A DNA stretch of 64,000 nt from a virus. Of this stretch, positions 36,484 to 45,847 are shown piece by piece. Location of the stretch: positions 20,720-84,719 of the IMG/VR virus record IMGVR_UViG_3300046542_000332. The stretch is one strand, 5' to 3'. A program made the position numbers and the translations under genes. The first letter of the stretch is position 1, and each line of letters begins with the position of its first letter. The notes under the pieces are model-generated. The model did not search any database and had not been told where the DNA came from. It was given only the letters and a program-made list of their open reading frames with translations.

Positions 36484-37574
36484 GCCGCCACCTCGGCTTC
36501 CAGGGTCTTGCGGTACGCCTCACCGGCGGCCACGTCCTCAGCTGTCACGACATAGGACTCAATGCTATCGCCGGCGACGTTGTAAAAGTTCACATCGCAG
36601 GTACGGTCGGCCCAGGCTTGCAACGGCTTCAACAGGCGCTCAAGCTCGGCTTCCTGCTTTTTGGTGGTGTCGGGAAAGTTGTCGGCAAACTCACTGTTAT
36701 CGTCATGAGCTGCGTTCGCCATGTGCTGAATCACGTCACTGGCATCAGGCAGGAAGCTGCTTGCGCTCCTTCGGGAAATCACCCCGCGACGGATCACAGT
36801 GCCCATAGTTAATTCATGGTCACTCACATATGCCGCCAGCCCGTCGTCACTCCAACGCTCATCAGTCGTCATGGAGTAGCAGTATTCTGGTGCCAGTGCA
36901 GCGTCCTCGGCAGCAGCCTTCTGAGCCATGATTGCGTTGGCAGCGTGGCGGACGTAGAACAGTTTGCGCCAGACGTGATCGGAGGGCTTGGCGAATGTCG
37001 ATTCCCATAGGTCGCTGGTGCGCAACAGATCTTCGCTTTCGGATAGCAGGTCAAAGGCCGGCACGATGTCGCGGCCAGTGCCCTCGTCGAAGCGACCAAT
37101 ACGCTCCAGCAGATCAGACCACTCATCAAATGGTAAATCCGAGTCTTCGCGCCCCTTGGTCATAGCGTCCAACCAACCAATCAACGCCTGGATATCCATC
37201 CCACCTGGATATTCGAACTCTTCCTCATCCAGCGCCTCATAGATGCAACCGCTGACCGTCTCAAGGATCGCGTCCTTGTCTATCCATTCTTCCTTGCAGG
37301 ACGCCGCCAGCTTCCCGTGCAGGTTGTGCATGCAGGTATTAGCGAGGTACCGAAGGCCATAGCTGGCGTCGATATCGAATGTCAGGTGCCCGATATCGCC
37401 AAATACCGCCGTGCCGTAGCGGGTCACACAGATATCAAATGCCAGATTGTGGCTACCGGGCTTCTGGCAGCGCCACACCTCAACGCCATTCGCATTGGTT
37501 AATTCAGTGTAAGCGTGGTCTTTCAGCCAATCGGAAACATTGGCCTCCAGCTTGGCGCGTTGTTCGTCGTTCAT
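36480..37574 (-). CDS. Hypothetical protein
   Basis: 364 aa ORF with phage-like codon use. Confidence 0.75.
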   Translation of the reverse strand: MNDEQRAKLEANVSDWLKDHAYTELTNANGVEVWRCQKPGSHNLAFDICVTRYGTAVFGDIGHLTFDIDASYGLRYLANTCMHNLHGKLAASCKEEWIDKDAILETVSGCIYEALDEEEFEYPGGMDIQALIGWLDAMTKGREDSDLPFDEWSDLLERIGRFDEGTGRDIVPAFDLLSESEDLLRTSDLWESTFAKPSDHVWRKLFYVRHAANAIMAQKAAAEDAALAPEYCYSMTTDERWSDDGLAAYVSDHELTMGTVIRRGVISRRSASSFLPDASDVIQHMANAAHDDNSEFADNFPDTTKKQEAELERLLKPLQAWADRTCDVNFYNVAGDSIESYVVTAEDVAAGEAYRKTLEAEVAA

Positions 37575-37609
37575 GGTGGTATCAGCTCGTTCGGTTGGTT
37601 GATTGGTTG

Positions 37610-37819
37610 TTATGCGGTCCAGCGGGTGCGAAGTAGAACAATGTCCCGCACTGTCGAGACTCCGCAGCCATACACACCGGCCAACTTGGCATAGCTCCAG
37701 CCCCCGGTGCTGTAGGCGGCACGGATAGCCTTGACCTGTGTGGTGGTCAGCTTGGCGTGTTGGTGACAGGCGCCCACTCGGTGGCCAGTGTGGTTACGGG
37801 TAATGACTGGGGAGGTCAT
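37610..37819 (-). CDS. Small HTH protein
   Basis: AKLT...V..IR......SY.KLA..YG...STVRDI. Confidence 0.75.
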   Translation of the reverse strand: MTSPVITRNHTGHRVGACHQHAKLTTTQVKAIRAAYSTGGWSYAKLAGVYGCGVSTVRDIVLLRTRWTA

Positions 37820-38544
37820 AGCGTTTCAGCCCGTGGGCGCTTCTCTTTGACGCCAGCCCCATCAGCAGGCGCCAGCGTAGTGCCGGCGAATTCACTCATG
37901 GAGCCGCTGTGATATTCGCTCGAAACCTCAAAGGGCTCGATCTGGTGCCACGCCCAACGGCCCTTAACGTCGCCTGTGAGCCATTCGGCCCAAGCCGGGG
38001 CGTTGGCCCACACCGGACGCGGTTTCACCTTGGAGCGCGGTTTGGGGGCGACTCTCTTGGCTTTGGCTGGGGGCTTGCCCGGTAACAGCTTCGCCACATG
38101 CGGCAAACCCTGCGCAATGCTGTCGGCGCGCTCACGATCCCGCAGACCTTCCTCAAACCGGCGCTGTACCGTGGCGCCGCCAAGGTTGTCATGGGGAAAG
38201 ATGCCGCGACGGCAGTGCGGGCAGCTCGGCACCGTCGTTTTGCTGCGCCAAGCCGCCTCGACCTTCTTGGCCGCCGTCAGGTGCAGGACCGCGCCACGCT
38301 CTTCCTGTACCGCCTCCAGCTCGCGCTTGTACTTCTTCGAATGATCGCCCCAAAACTTCCGGAGCTTTTCGAGAGCCCAGTACGCGGATACTTGCTTGTT
38401 ACAGTCCAAACACATGACTGTTTCGCCCACTTCGTCCATTTCCAGACGGTGGTGCTGGCAGCCTTCGCGCTGGCGAATGTAGCCCGCCTCAATCCTTGCA
38501 AGCCTTAGCTCGCCTATCTCTACGACGTTTTTGGTATCCGACAT
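37816..38544 (-). CDS. Hypothetical zinc-binding protein
   Basis: C.H...CLDC, CPHC; C-terminal W..AP.WA.W module. Confidence 0.7.
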   Translation of the reverse strand: MSDTKNVVEIGELRLARIEAGYIRQREGCQHHRLEMDEVGETVMCLDCNKQVSAYWALEKLRKFWGDHSKKYKRELEAVQEERGAVLHLTAAKKVEAAWRSKTTVPSCPHCRRGIFPHDNLGGATVQRRFEEGLRDRERADSIAQGLPHVAKLLPGKPPAKAKRVAPKPRSKVKPRPVWANAPAWAEWLTGDVKGRWAWHQIEPFEVSSEYHSGSMSEFAGTTLAPADGAGVKEKRPRAETL

Positions 38545-38581
38545 GCCCTTGTACCTGACTGGCTAATCCTGGCTTGGCGTC

Positions 38582-38625
38582 ACTATACACAACCCTCAAA
38601 TATCAATACATCATTTTTATGTATT
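38582..38625 (-). promoter_or_regulatory. Candidate early promoter (extended -10 TG-TATAGT) with AATACAT-N7-ATGTATT inverted repeat
   Basis: AT-rich gap downstream of a terminator, upstream of operon. Confidence 0.5.
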
Positions 38626-38642
38626 TATCTGATTGCAGGGCA

Positions 38643-38678
38643 TAAAAAAGCCCCGGCACCAGATCGGGCGGGGCTCCT
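38643..38678 (-). terminator. Rho-independent terminator
   Basis: GC-rich hairpin followed by T6 on minus strand. Confidence 0.65.
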
Positions 38679-38692
38679 TTCGTTATCAGTTG

Positions 38693-38926
38693 TTACCCAG
38701 CAGCGCGCTCAGCCTCGGAAATCTCGCGGCCCACCATGAACGCCAGGGTCGCGGCCTTCTCGTGGAAAACCTTGGTAGCCGCTTCGCTAGCCGCAATAGC
38801 CTCCTTTGCCCCCTCCCCATTGGCGCCTGTACCTCTCAGAACATCCGCTGTTCGTCTCATCACCACCATAGCGGCGTCTACCTCATTGCTGGCCTGCTTG
38901 AATTTGTCGCTGTCGATCATTGGCAT
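38693..38926 (-). CDS. Hypothetical protein
   Basis: 77 aa helical ORF. Confidence 0.6.
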   Translation of the reverse strand: MPMIDSDKFKQASNEVDAAMVVMRRTADVLRGTGANGEGAKEAIAASEAATKVFHEKAATLAFMVGREISEAERAAG

Positions 38927-38944
38927 TGCAGTACTTCCTTATCA

Positions 38945-39163
38945 TTAATCAGTCGGGCGGTAATCGCCATCAGCACGGTGGCGGCGGACTTCTTGGCCCA
39001 CCAGGTCGAAGCCATCAACCGAGTAAAACGCCTGAGCCTCATGGTCGAACTCAATGCGCGTTTCTACCCACTCGCCAGACATCAACACCGCTACGCATTC
39101 ACCGGTAAAGAATTGCTGGTCGCCGCACTGGATACGGCCCCTTTCATTGACGTATGCACTCAT
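38945..39163 (-). CDS. DUF5348-like protein
   Basis: F.TGE..AV...GEW..TRIE. Confidence 0.6.
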   Translation of the reverse strand: MSAYVNERGRIQCGDQQFFTGECVAVLMSGEWVETRIEFDHEAQAFYSVDGFDLVGQEVRRHRADGDYRPTD

Positions 39164-39237
39164 TGCGAAACTCCTACGCCCGCCTTTACACCTGGTGGAA
39201 AGACGGGCTTTCGTTGTGACGTTAAGGCGCTTTAACT

Positions 39238-39888
39238 CTATAACTTCTTGGCGCCTTCAGCCTCGCCGGCCTCCACGTAGCTGGCGTGGATCTGGTCGGC
39301 CTGCTCCTGGCTGGTAACGATCACCGTGGGCGGCAAGCCTCGCTGGCGTATGGTCGTCAGCTCAGCCATGGCCGCCGCGTTCTGTTCCGCCAGCGCGATC
39401 ACCATCAGCTCCAGCGCATCCTCATAGCAAACGCTCGGGTCGCGCTGCATATCCAGGCAACCCTTAACGATAGGATTGGTTTGCGCCAGCTGCTGCATTT
39501 TCTCTTGCTGAGGTGACGACTTACCCTCGGGCGTGTAGCCGTCCGCCAGCGCCGTCTGTAGCCTCGCAACCAACCCCCGCACGTCGTCACGCTCCCACAC
39601 TGCGAAAAGCTGATCAGGGTCAAACTCGCCGTCACGGCACAGCGTATTGAAGTGCAGGGCGAAAGGCGCGCCCTCAATCTCGGCCAAATCCATGATGCCG
39701 TCACGCTCAAACGATCCGCTGCAATCCACCTCATCGGTAAGGCTCGTATAGCGAAAGTCGATCAGCTTGCCCTCTGATCCGATGGACTCAGCCTTAACCA
39801 TGGGCTCCCGGATGATGCTCGGGTCGTACTTTGAGAACACCGTACCCTCGGGCATGGCCAGGAATGTCTCGCGATTAACGATTCTCAT
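39238..39888 (-). CDS. Hypothetical protein
   Basis: MRIVNRETFLAMPEGTVFSKY...RDG.FD.DQLFAVW. Confidence 0.75.
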   Translation of the reverse strand: MRIVNRETFLAMPEGTVFSKYDPSIIREPMVKAESIGSEGKLIDFRYTSLTDEVDCSGSFERDGIMDLAEIEGAPFALHFNTLCRDGEFDPDQLFAVWERDDVRGLVARLQTALADGYTPEGKSSPQQEKMQQLAQTNPIVKGCLDMQRDPSVCYEDALELMVIALAEQNAAAMAELTTIRQRGLPPTVIVTSQEQADQIHASYVEAGEAEGAKKL

Positions 39889-40646
39889 TGTTCACCCTTC
39901 TCAGCCAAGGCCTTCTCAAGCGCCCGCGACAGCCACCGAATGCGATCCTTGGCAGCGGTCAAATATACGGTAGAGGTCGGCAGCCCCGACAGCATGCAGT
40001 GCAATCGCTCTTCTTGGCTTTGATCGCCACTCAGGTACACAGCATTGGCCAGCTCATCGTCCGTCAGATGTCCCATGCATAGATCGGCGCGCTCACAGTC
40101 GTATCTATCCCCATGAGGATCAGAGGCACCATCAGCGCGCCACTTGGATGCGGGCGCTGGTGGTGGGCTAGCGGCGAACTCACTGGCACTGAAAGTTCTC
40201 AAAATGGCGTCTTGCCGCTCGGCGGCTTCCATTTCGGCCTCCGAGGCCTTGCGGGACGAAACCCACCCGCCATCCGCATGCTTGTAGAGCACCCGCCCGT
40301 AATGCCCATTCTTCGGATCAATCATCACCGCATGGGTAGCCGGGCCGGCGTGCTCTTGTGATTGCAGCAGCGCTTTCAAGTGCCATAGCGCCGCCATGCG
40401 GTGGTTGTCGAATTGGAGCGCCAAGTCTCTCCAGTGTTGCAGGACTGCCAGCTCTTCCCGCAGGGCAGCCTCACGCGCCACCGACTCGTCCAGCAGCTGC
40501 TTGGGCGACTTGTACGGCGTCGGGCACTCACCTGGCGGGGTTTCGGTAAGGTTGCCGTAAACAAACTGGCGACAGCCAAGGCAGCGGCGGCTTCCGCCAT
40601 CGTCCATTTCTACGCCGACCATCACATGCTTATTCGATTCACTCAC
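39885..40646 (-). CDS. Hypothetical mosaic accessory protein
   Basis: 253 aa; REAALREEL; TDDELANAV..TAAKDRIRWLSR. Confidence 0.7.
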   Translation of the reverse strand: MSESNKHVMVGVEMDDGGSRRCLGCRQFVYGNLTETPPGECPTPYKSPKQLLDESVAREAALREELAVLQHWRDLALQFDNHRMAALWHLKALLQSQEHAGPATHAVMIDPKNGHYGRVLYKHADGGWVSSRKASEAEMEAAERQDAILRTFSASEFAASPPPAPASKWRADGASDPHGDRYDCERADLCMGHLTDDELANAVYLSGDQSQEERLHCMLSGLPTSTVYLTAAKDRIRWLSRALEKALAEKGEQ

Positions 40647-40989
40647 TGACAGTTACCCCTTCGGATTCGATAATGGTGCGGACTTCATCAAGCGCCGCGT
40701 TTCGGCCTTCGCCGCTCATGCTGTAAATCGGTTGGCCTTGGTAGTTGATCGGTTGGGCGCGCGCCGGCAAGGTGATCACCAGCGCCTCCCGCGACAGCTT
40801 CCAGGCCGCTTGGAAGGCGGGCCACTGCTCCCCGCCTTCAATAAAGCTGTAATACGGGCGCCCCTGCTCCAACTGGCGCGTCAGGTTCTGGCGCATCGAG
40901 TCGGTGAACGCGTGGCCAGCGGCTTTCATCAGCTCACTGTGCTGGTCGATCAACAACGCCTCAAAGGCGCAACGCATACGGTCGCTCAT
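40639..40989 (-). CDS. Hypothetical protein
   Basis: ATG 40989; FQAAW..SR..LVI.LP. Confidence 0.65.
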   Translation of the reverse strand: MSDRMRCAFEALLIDQHSELMKAAGHAFTDSMRQNLTRQLEQGRPYYSFIEGGEQWPAFQAAWKLSREALVITLPARAQPINYQGQPIYSMSGEGRNAALDEVRTIIESEGVTVSE

Positions 40990-41843
40990 ATGGACACCGC
41001 ACGGGCAGGGCTGGCCAGACGGCGAAGGTACTCGACAGCCATCACCACCGGGAAAATCGCGAACAGACCGGCCTCGCAACTTTCATCCTTGCGCATCTGC
41101 ATAGAGCCCTCTTCGATAAAACACCAGCCCCCGCGCTTGCCATTGCCTGCTTGGTAACCGTAGAAGAACAGGAAACCGTCTTTGCTCAGCACAAAGTGCG
41201 AAGCGTGGCGGGCGTCGGTCAGCATGCGTTCCAGTTCCGGGAGGTGATCAAGGCTCAGCTCCCCCGGCAGCGCCCGGTCATCACCAATCAGGATCGGCGG
41301 CAGACGGTTTTCCTGCTCACACCGCCAGCGCACCCACGTATGGCTCTTTACCGGGCCGTTATCGTTGGGGATATGGGCGCGCAATACCTGCTCGCGGCCA
41401 CTTGGCGCCCGGTACTTGGGCTGCTTGATCGGCGGCGGGTTCTTTTTGCGCGGTACCAGCTTTTCAGGGCTGATAGCCGAAACCGTCGGGGCCGGCGCAG
41501 TTGTGGCCACCGGCTCAGGCTTTGGGGGAGTGTCGACCACCGGCGCCGGCGTGGCGGCCTTCACAGGGGCCGCGATTGACTGCGGGCGCGGCGCCGGCTT
41601 CAACAGCTCCGGGCGCTCTTCCAGCTCGATCACATCCTCGGGGATGTCATCACCAACGGTCAGGGCAGCAATGCAGCGACCTTGGCCCTGCTGATCCTCA
41701 ACCCATTGCACCAGCGCCAGACCGCGCGCCAGCAACAGATTGAGGTTGGTGTGGCCGCACTGGCGCAGCAGGCCGTCCACGCGCGCCTTGGATGCGTCGG
41801 ACATGCTGAACATGATGTCGTGGCGCACTGGTCCGGTACTCAT
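40986..41843 (-). CDS. Hypothetical protein (possible N-terminal ribbon-helix-helix)
   Basis: 285 aa with Pro-rich linker. Confidence 0.65.
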   Translation of the reverse strand: MSTGPVRHDIMFSMSDASKARVDGLLRQCGHTNLNLLLARGLALVQWVEDQQGQGRCIAALTVGDDIPEDVIELEERPELLKPAPRPQSIAAPVKAATPAPVVDTPPKPEPVATTAPAPTVSAISPEKLVPRKKNPPPIKQPKYRAPSGREQVLRAHIPNDNGPVKSHTWVRWRCEQENRLPPILIGDDRALPGELSLDHLPELERMLTDARHASHFVLSKDGFLFFYGYQAGNGKRGGWCFIEEGSMQMRKDESCEAGLFAIFPVVMAVEYLRRLASPARAVSI

Positions 41844-42190
41844 AACTCACCCCCACGGTGCGCAGTCTTCAAAAAACGCTCTACAGCGTCCGTCACAGAT
41901 CCCGTCTCGACGTAGCGACCACCCTCGACGATCAGCGGCAAGGCGCGGCGCAGCAAACGCTCGGCATGGCGCAGGCGCTCGGTCTGCTCGGCCATTTGCC
42001 GTTGCACTTCCTCAGAGGTGGCCGGTACCGGACGGGCATGGATCGATTCGTCACCCTTGAGAATCAGACGGATCAGGTTGCGCCGGGCGCCGGGGTCAGA
42101 CTTCAAAGGCGGCATTTCAGGCACGGCGCACTCAAGGTCATTGAGCAGCCCGGCCAGCAGCTCGCGGGTGATCAGCAGATATTTAGCCAT
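41840..42190 (-). CDS. Hypothetical protein
   Basis: 116 aa, AAGGA RBS. Confidence 0.65.
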   Translation of the reverse strand: MAKYLLITRELLAGLLNDLECAVPEMPPLKSDPGARRNLIRLILKGDESIHARPVPATSEEVQRQMAEQTERLRHAERLLRRALPLIVEGGRYVETGSVTDAVERFLKTAHRGGEL

Positions 42191-42283
42191 TTGCGGGTGT
42201 TCCTTATCTCTGGCGGAGTAACGGCATAATTACATAAAAGCGCTAATGTGTCATTAACGTTTTGACGCTATAGAGTTTTGCCG

Positions 42284-43027
42284 TTATTCCCAGTCAGGCA
42301 GCAACTCCGGCCGCGCAGCGGGGAACGTGGCCAGCGTGGAAAGGTCCAGTAGCGTGAAATACCCCCGGTCATCACTGCGCCAGCCGCCCGTATCAATGTG
42401 ATGGACGTTGCCCAGCACCAGCGGCGCCAGCAGTGGGTTGTGACCGACCACCAGCGCCCGCACCCCTTCAACCGGCGTCGTGTCGGCCAGCTCTACACGT
42501 CGGCGCGACCACATGCAGGTGTTGTGAACCAGGCGCAGCTGTTTTTTGCTCTCGGGCGCTTCCAGTTCGTGGCGCAATTGATCCCATGACGGGAACGGGC
42601 AATCAGCGTGCACTACCCCCACCAGGCCGCCAGGCGTCTCGACTTCAATGGCGAAAGGAATCTCGGCAAACTGGACGGCGAACTCTCGCTGTTCATCCCA
42701 CGCCAGTCCCGCGAACCACGAGCCGCCGTTATAGATCCAGTTATCCATGTCGCAGGTGTCGAATCGGCATACGTAGTCGTCGTGGTTGCCGCGCACCGGG
42801 TGAAACCATGGTTTGGCCAGCCATTCCAGAACGTCGCGGCACTCCGGGCCACGGTCCACCAGGTCGCCAGCGCTGAATAGCCGATCCCGCTCCGGATCGA
42901 AGCCCGCCGCGTCCAGGGCCTTTTGCAGGCGGGTGAAGTGGCCGTGAATGTCGCCCACGGCAAAGTCTCGCCCCGCCGTGTTGGCCGCGAAACGCTTCAT
43001 TCGCACTGTTCCTATTACCTCAAGCAT
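42284..43027 (-). CDS. Ser/Thr protein phosphatase, metallophosphoesterase (lambda NinI / P1 Ppp family)
   Basis: GDIHG, GDLVDRG, RGNHD, HA, GHN, IDTG. Confidence 0.93.
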   Translation of the reverse strand: MLEVIGTVRMKRFAANTAGRDFAVGDIHGHFTRLQKALDAAGFDPERDRLFSAGDLVDRGPECRDVLEWLAKPWFHPVRGNHDDYVCRFDTCDMDNWIYNGGSWFAGLAWDEQREFAVQFAEIPFAIEVETPGGLVGVVHADCPFPSWDQLRHELEAPESKKQLRLVHNTCMWSRRRVELADTTPVEGVRALVVGHNPLLAPLVLGNVHHIDTGGWRSDDRGYFTLLDLSTLATFPAARPELLPDWE

Positions 43028-43058
43028 GCCGCCCGCCCTTTCCTATGACTCAAATGAA

Positions 43059-43088
43059 AACGGCAAAGCGTTATGGCGCTTTGCCGTT
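43059..43088. repeat. Perfect 12-bp inverted repeat AACGGCAAAGCG-N6-CGCTTTGCCGTT
   Basis: Seen directly upstream of phosphatase gene. Confidence 0.8.
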
Positions 43089-43118
43089 AAGATGTTATAG
43101 CGCTTTTAGATTGCTCTG

Positions 43119-43769
43119 TCAGGGCGCGTTGTCCGCCCCGCAGTGCGAGCAGTCGGCATACACCGGGGATGGCACAAAACGCCCGCACCCGCCGCAGTTC
43201 TGAATGCTTGACCGCGAGCGCGACCGATAGCGGGGCGCCTTGGCCAGCATAATCCCGGTACCGCGCAGCGCTTCCCGGTGGTTTACCTTGTTGCTGGCCA
43301 CCACCTTGCGCGACAGCCTCACCGCCATCAGATGCGCGATAGCCGTAACGTTGTTGTGCGGCTGCGCGGCCTTTGCGATGGCGAAATTCACGGGGAACGG
43401 CTCAGCCTTGCGCACGTCATCCGATAGCCCGCCGTCGCCGGTCAGAAATATCAGGTCGTTGCCGTTCCATTGCCCAGTGGCGTACAGATGCGCCTTGGTT
43501 GCCTCACCCAGTTCGGCGGCGACTTCCTCGGGCTTGACGTACTGGTGATCAACCGACCATTCCGCGTGCGCCTCCAGATACGCCAGCGGCCACGGCAGAT
43601 CCGACTCGCGGCTCTCGTTCTGTTTGGTGGCCTGCTCTTTGGTGTAGCGCTGGGCGTTGTCCAGGCTGGTCGTGTAGCCGGCACCGTCCTTTGCCCAAAA
43701 CATCAGGCGGTCACCGGTATTGCCCCGGCTGTCCTGCAATACAAACTCGGCTGGATCGATGTCAGACAT
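43119..43769 (-). CDS. Hypothetical protein
   Basis: FVLQDSR...G....FW...G.GYTT.LD.A..YT; C-terminal CxxC..CxxC. Confidence 0.75.
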   Translation of the reverse strand: MSDIDPAEFVLQDSRGNTGDRLMFWAKDGAGYTTSLDNAQRYTKEQATKQNESRESDLPWPLAYLEAHAEWSVDHQYVKPEEVAAELGEATKAHLYATGQWNGNDLIFLTGDGGLSDDVRKAEPFPVNFAIAKAAQPHNNVTAIAHLMAVRLSRKVVASNKVNHREALRGTGIMLAKAPRYRSRSRSSIQNCGGCGRFVPSPVYADCSHCGADNAP

Positions 43770-44157
43770 TTGCAGTCCCTTGCGGCAGTAGGTGGTTCGG
43801 CACTTCGAAAAATTGCAGCTGGCCAGGGTACGGAATGAATGGCAGGTACTGAGGATCGCGCAGCAGATAACCCTTCTGGCCCATGTACCAAGGCGAATCG
43901 CTATGGTCCAGGCTGTCGACCAGCTCAACAGAGCCGATAATCCCGCCCCGTTGCAGTTCGGCAAAGCGGGGCATATCGGTAATTCCGCGCTCAAGGGCGA
44001 ACTGGTAAGCCACGGTGTATTCGTCCCGCGTCATGCCCTTGGCTGCATGCACCAAGAAGCGCCCCCGGTACTTTGTGTGCCAACTACGGTTTTCGATGTC
44101 CTTGCCGCCGTGGACGATCAGCCAGGCCCATGGCTGGCGAATTGATAGTGCTTTCAT
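43762..44157 (-). CDS. ASCH domain protein
   Basis: KALSIRQPWAWLIVHGGKDIENRSW. Confidence 0.92.
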   Translation of the reverse strand: MKALSIRQPWAWLIVHGGKDIENRSWHTKYRGRFLVHAAKGMTRDEYTVAYQFALERGITDMPRFAELQRGGIIGSVELVDSLDHSDSPWYMGQKGYLLRDPQYLPFIPYPGQLQFFEVPNHLLPQGTANV

Positions 44158-44300
44158 GCTTCTTTCACCCGATCAGCGCTCGGCGCTGGCATGTACATTC
44201 CGCCCGGCCCGCGCCACACGCCGAACCGGTCTACGGTGCATTCGCGCCAGCCGCCGGCATTGCCGTAACGAGGCGCGAACCAAACGAGGCGCTTGGTCAT
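44154..44300 (-). CDS. 48-aa hypothetical protein
   Basis: MTKRLVWFAPRYG...; ATGA overlaps at both ends. Confidence 0.55.
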   Translation of the reverse strand: MTKRLVWFAPRYGNAGGWRECTVDRFGVWRGPGGMYMPAPSADRVKEA

Positions 44301-44989
44301 TCCTTCCCCCCGGCCTCAGCGCTGGCGGCCAGGCTTTTACGCTCTTGCTCGATCCAGGCCAGTATCCCGGCGCCTGAGTTGTACAGGTGCGCCACCCGCC
44401 CAGCGTTCGCAATCGCTTGTGCCGCCGGATTGCGCTCGCCCAGCGTGGCCAGGGCTTCGCGGAATTGCTCGACGTAGCTCTCTGTCGAGGGGGCGCCCCA
44501 GCAATTCACCAGGCAATCGTCGTCCGGCCCGCCGCCTTCGTCCTCGTCGCTCGACTCGCCCGGTACCATTAGAAACTCACGCTCTACGGCATGCAGGTAA
44601 TCAGAAAACCGCTTCATATTGCCGAGACAGGTCAGCAGCGTGCTGGGGGTGCGCGCCAGCTGCCCCGTGCCGAACACGTCATAGACCTTTTGGAGTGTTG
44701 CCGCATCGCCTTGGTACTGCATTGGCTGACGGTAAAGCGGGCCTTGCTCTTCAAGCCATTGCTGAACCTCGCCGCCCGACCACATCTTGCGCAGCATGGT
44801 GGGAAAGTGCAGCTGTGCCGGCGCAGATTGGTACTCGGCTGGTTTTTCCAGCTCGGCAATACGCGCCAGCGCGGCGTCCAGGTGCTTGGCGTCCACGTAC
44901 TGAGCTTGGGCCAGGTCGCCAGTGGCAAACCGCAGGGTGGTGGCGCTATGGCGCTCTACTTCGACGGCTGGGGTTGCTTGGTTATTCAT
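44297..44989 (-). CDS. Hypothetical (Ead-like) protein
   Basis: ATG 44989; ARIAELE; FPTMLRKMWSG.EVQ.W. Confidence 0.7.
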   Translation of the reverse strand: MNNQATPAVEVERHSATTLRFATGDLAQAQYVDAKHLDAALARIAELEKPAEYQSAPAQLHFPTMLRKMWSGGEVQQWLEEQGPLYRQPMQYQGDAATLQKVYDVFGTGQLARTPSTLLTCLGNMKRFSDYLHAVEREFLMVPGESSDEDEGGGPDDDCLVNCWGAPSTESYVEQFREALATLGERNPAAQAIANAGRVAHLYNSGAGILAWIEQERKSLAASAEAGGKE

Positions 44990-45354
44990 GGGGCGATTCC
45001 GTAGATGTCTTTGAGTGGGGTTTCGCCGTGCTGGCGGCAGAGCCAGACCACGGGGTCCAATTTGTGGAACGGCAGCTGATACCCGGTACCCGCCGACAGC
45101 GCCGACCGGTCGCACATATCCTTGTAGCGGTGCGTCACCTGATCCCAGCCGGCCAGCAGCGTTTTGCAGAGCTTGTCGAAATAGCTATCAGGGACCACCG
45201 GCGCATCGAGCACGTAATAGCGAATGCTGTGCTCCAGATATTCGCCATACGCCGCGTTGAGCGCCTGGCTGTCCTTGGTCGCCACCGGTACCGGCTTGGA
45301 TGTCTCGGCCGGCATGGCGAACAGGTCGGGCTGTACTTCTGCGCGCCGCTTCAT
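44986..45354 (-). CDS. Stand-alone NAD-dependent DNA ligase domain Ia-like protein
   Basis: HSIRYYVLDAPVVPDSYFDKL matches the H..YY..D.P..D..YD motif of LigA domain Ia. Confidence 0.75.
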   Translation of the reverse strand: MKRRAEVQPDLFAMPAETSKPVPVATKDSQALNAAYGEYLEHSIRYYVLDAPVVPDSYFDKLCKTLLAGWDQVTHRYKDMCDRSALSAGTGYQLPFHKLDPVVWLCRQHGETPLKDIYGIAP

Positions 45355-45701
45355 TGTTCTGACTCTAAAGCGCTATAACTCTTAAGCGTCTTGGCGCTTT
45401 CTTCCCGCTCAATGAATCGCTCACGGGCCTGGCGGGCTTTCATGCCGACCTCCGTAGGGATCGAACCGAAAGGCTCCCCGCCTTCACGATTAAAACTGTC
45501 CTCGTCGTTCGCGTAGAAGGCGCAAACCTCTTCAAGGATATGCAGCTCGACCAGCGCCGGGTTGGCCTTGAGTGCCGCCAGCGCCCACCCCATAAGCCCA
45601 GCACGAGCCATGGGGCGTACAGACCGGGCATTGCCCACCAGCCAGCTTTGCAGCTCAGCGGCTTCGGCCTGATCCTGTTGTGCATCGGTCAGGCCGCTCA
45701 T
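45351..45701 (-). CDS. Hypothetical protein
   Basis: ATG 45701, ATGA overlaps. Confidence 0.6.
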   Translation of the reverse strand: MSGLTDAQQDQAEAAELQSWLVGNARSVRPMARAGLMGWALAALKANPALVELHILEEVCAFYANDEDSFNREGGEPFGSIPTEVGMKARQARERFIEREESAKTLKSYSALESEQ

Positions 45702-45847
45702 TGCCCAGCCCTCAGCGCGGCGGTGCGCACCTGGCGCCGTTTGCTGCATTTCTGGTGGTTACCGCTGCTACGGGCGCGCCCGCACTCATCACACATGGAC
45801 TTCACATGGATATGGCCAATCTGCTTTGGGCCGGGATGAATGCTCAT
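45698..45847 (-). CDS. 49-aa zinc-finger protein
   Basis: CDECGRAR..GNH.KCSK.RQ; ATGA overlaps on both sides. Confidence 0.6.
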   Translation of the reverse strand: MSIHPGPKQIGHIHVKSMCDECGRARSSGNHQKCSKRRQVRTAALRAGQ

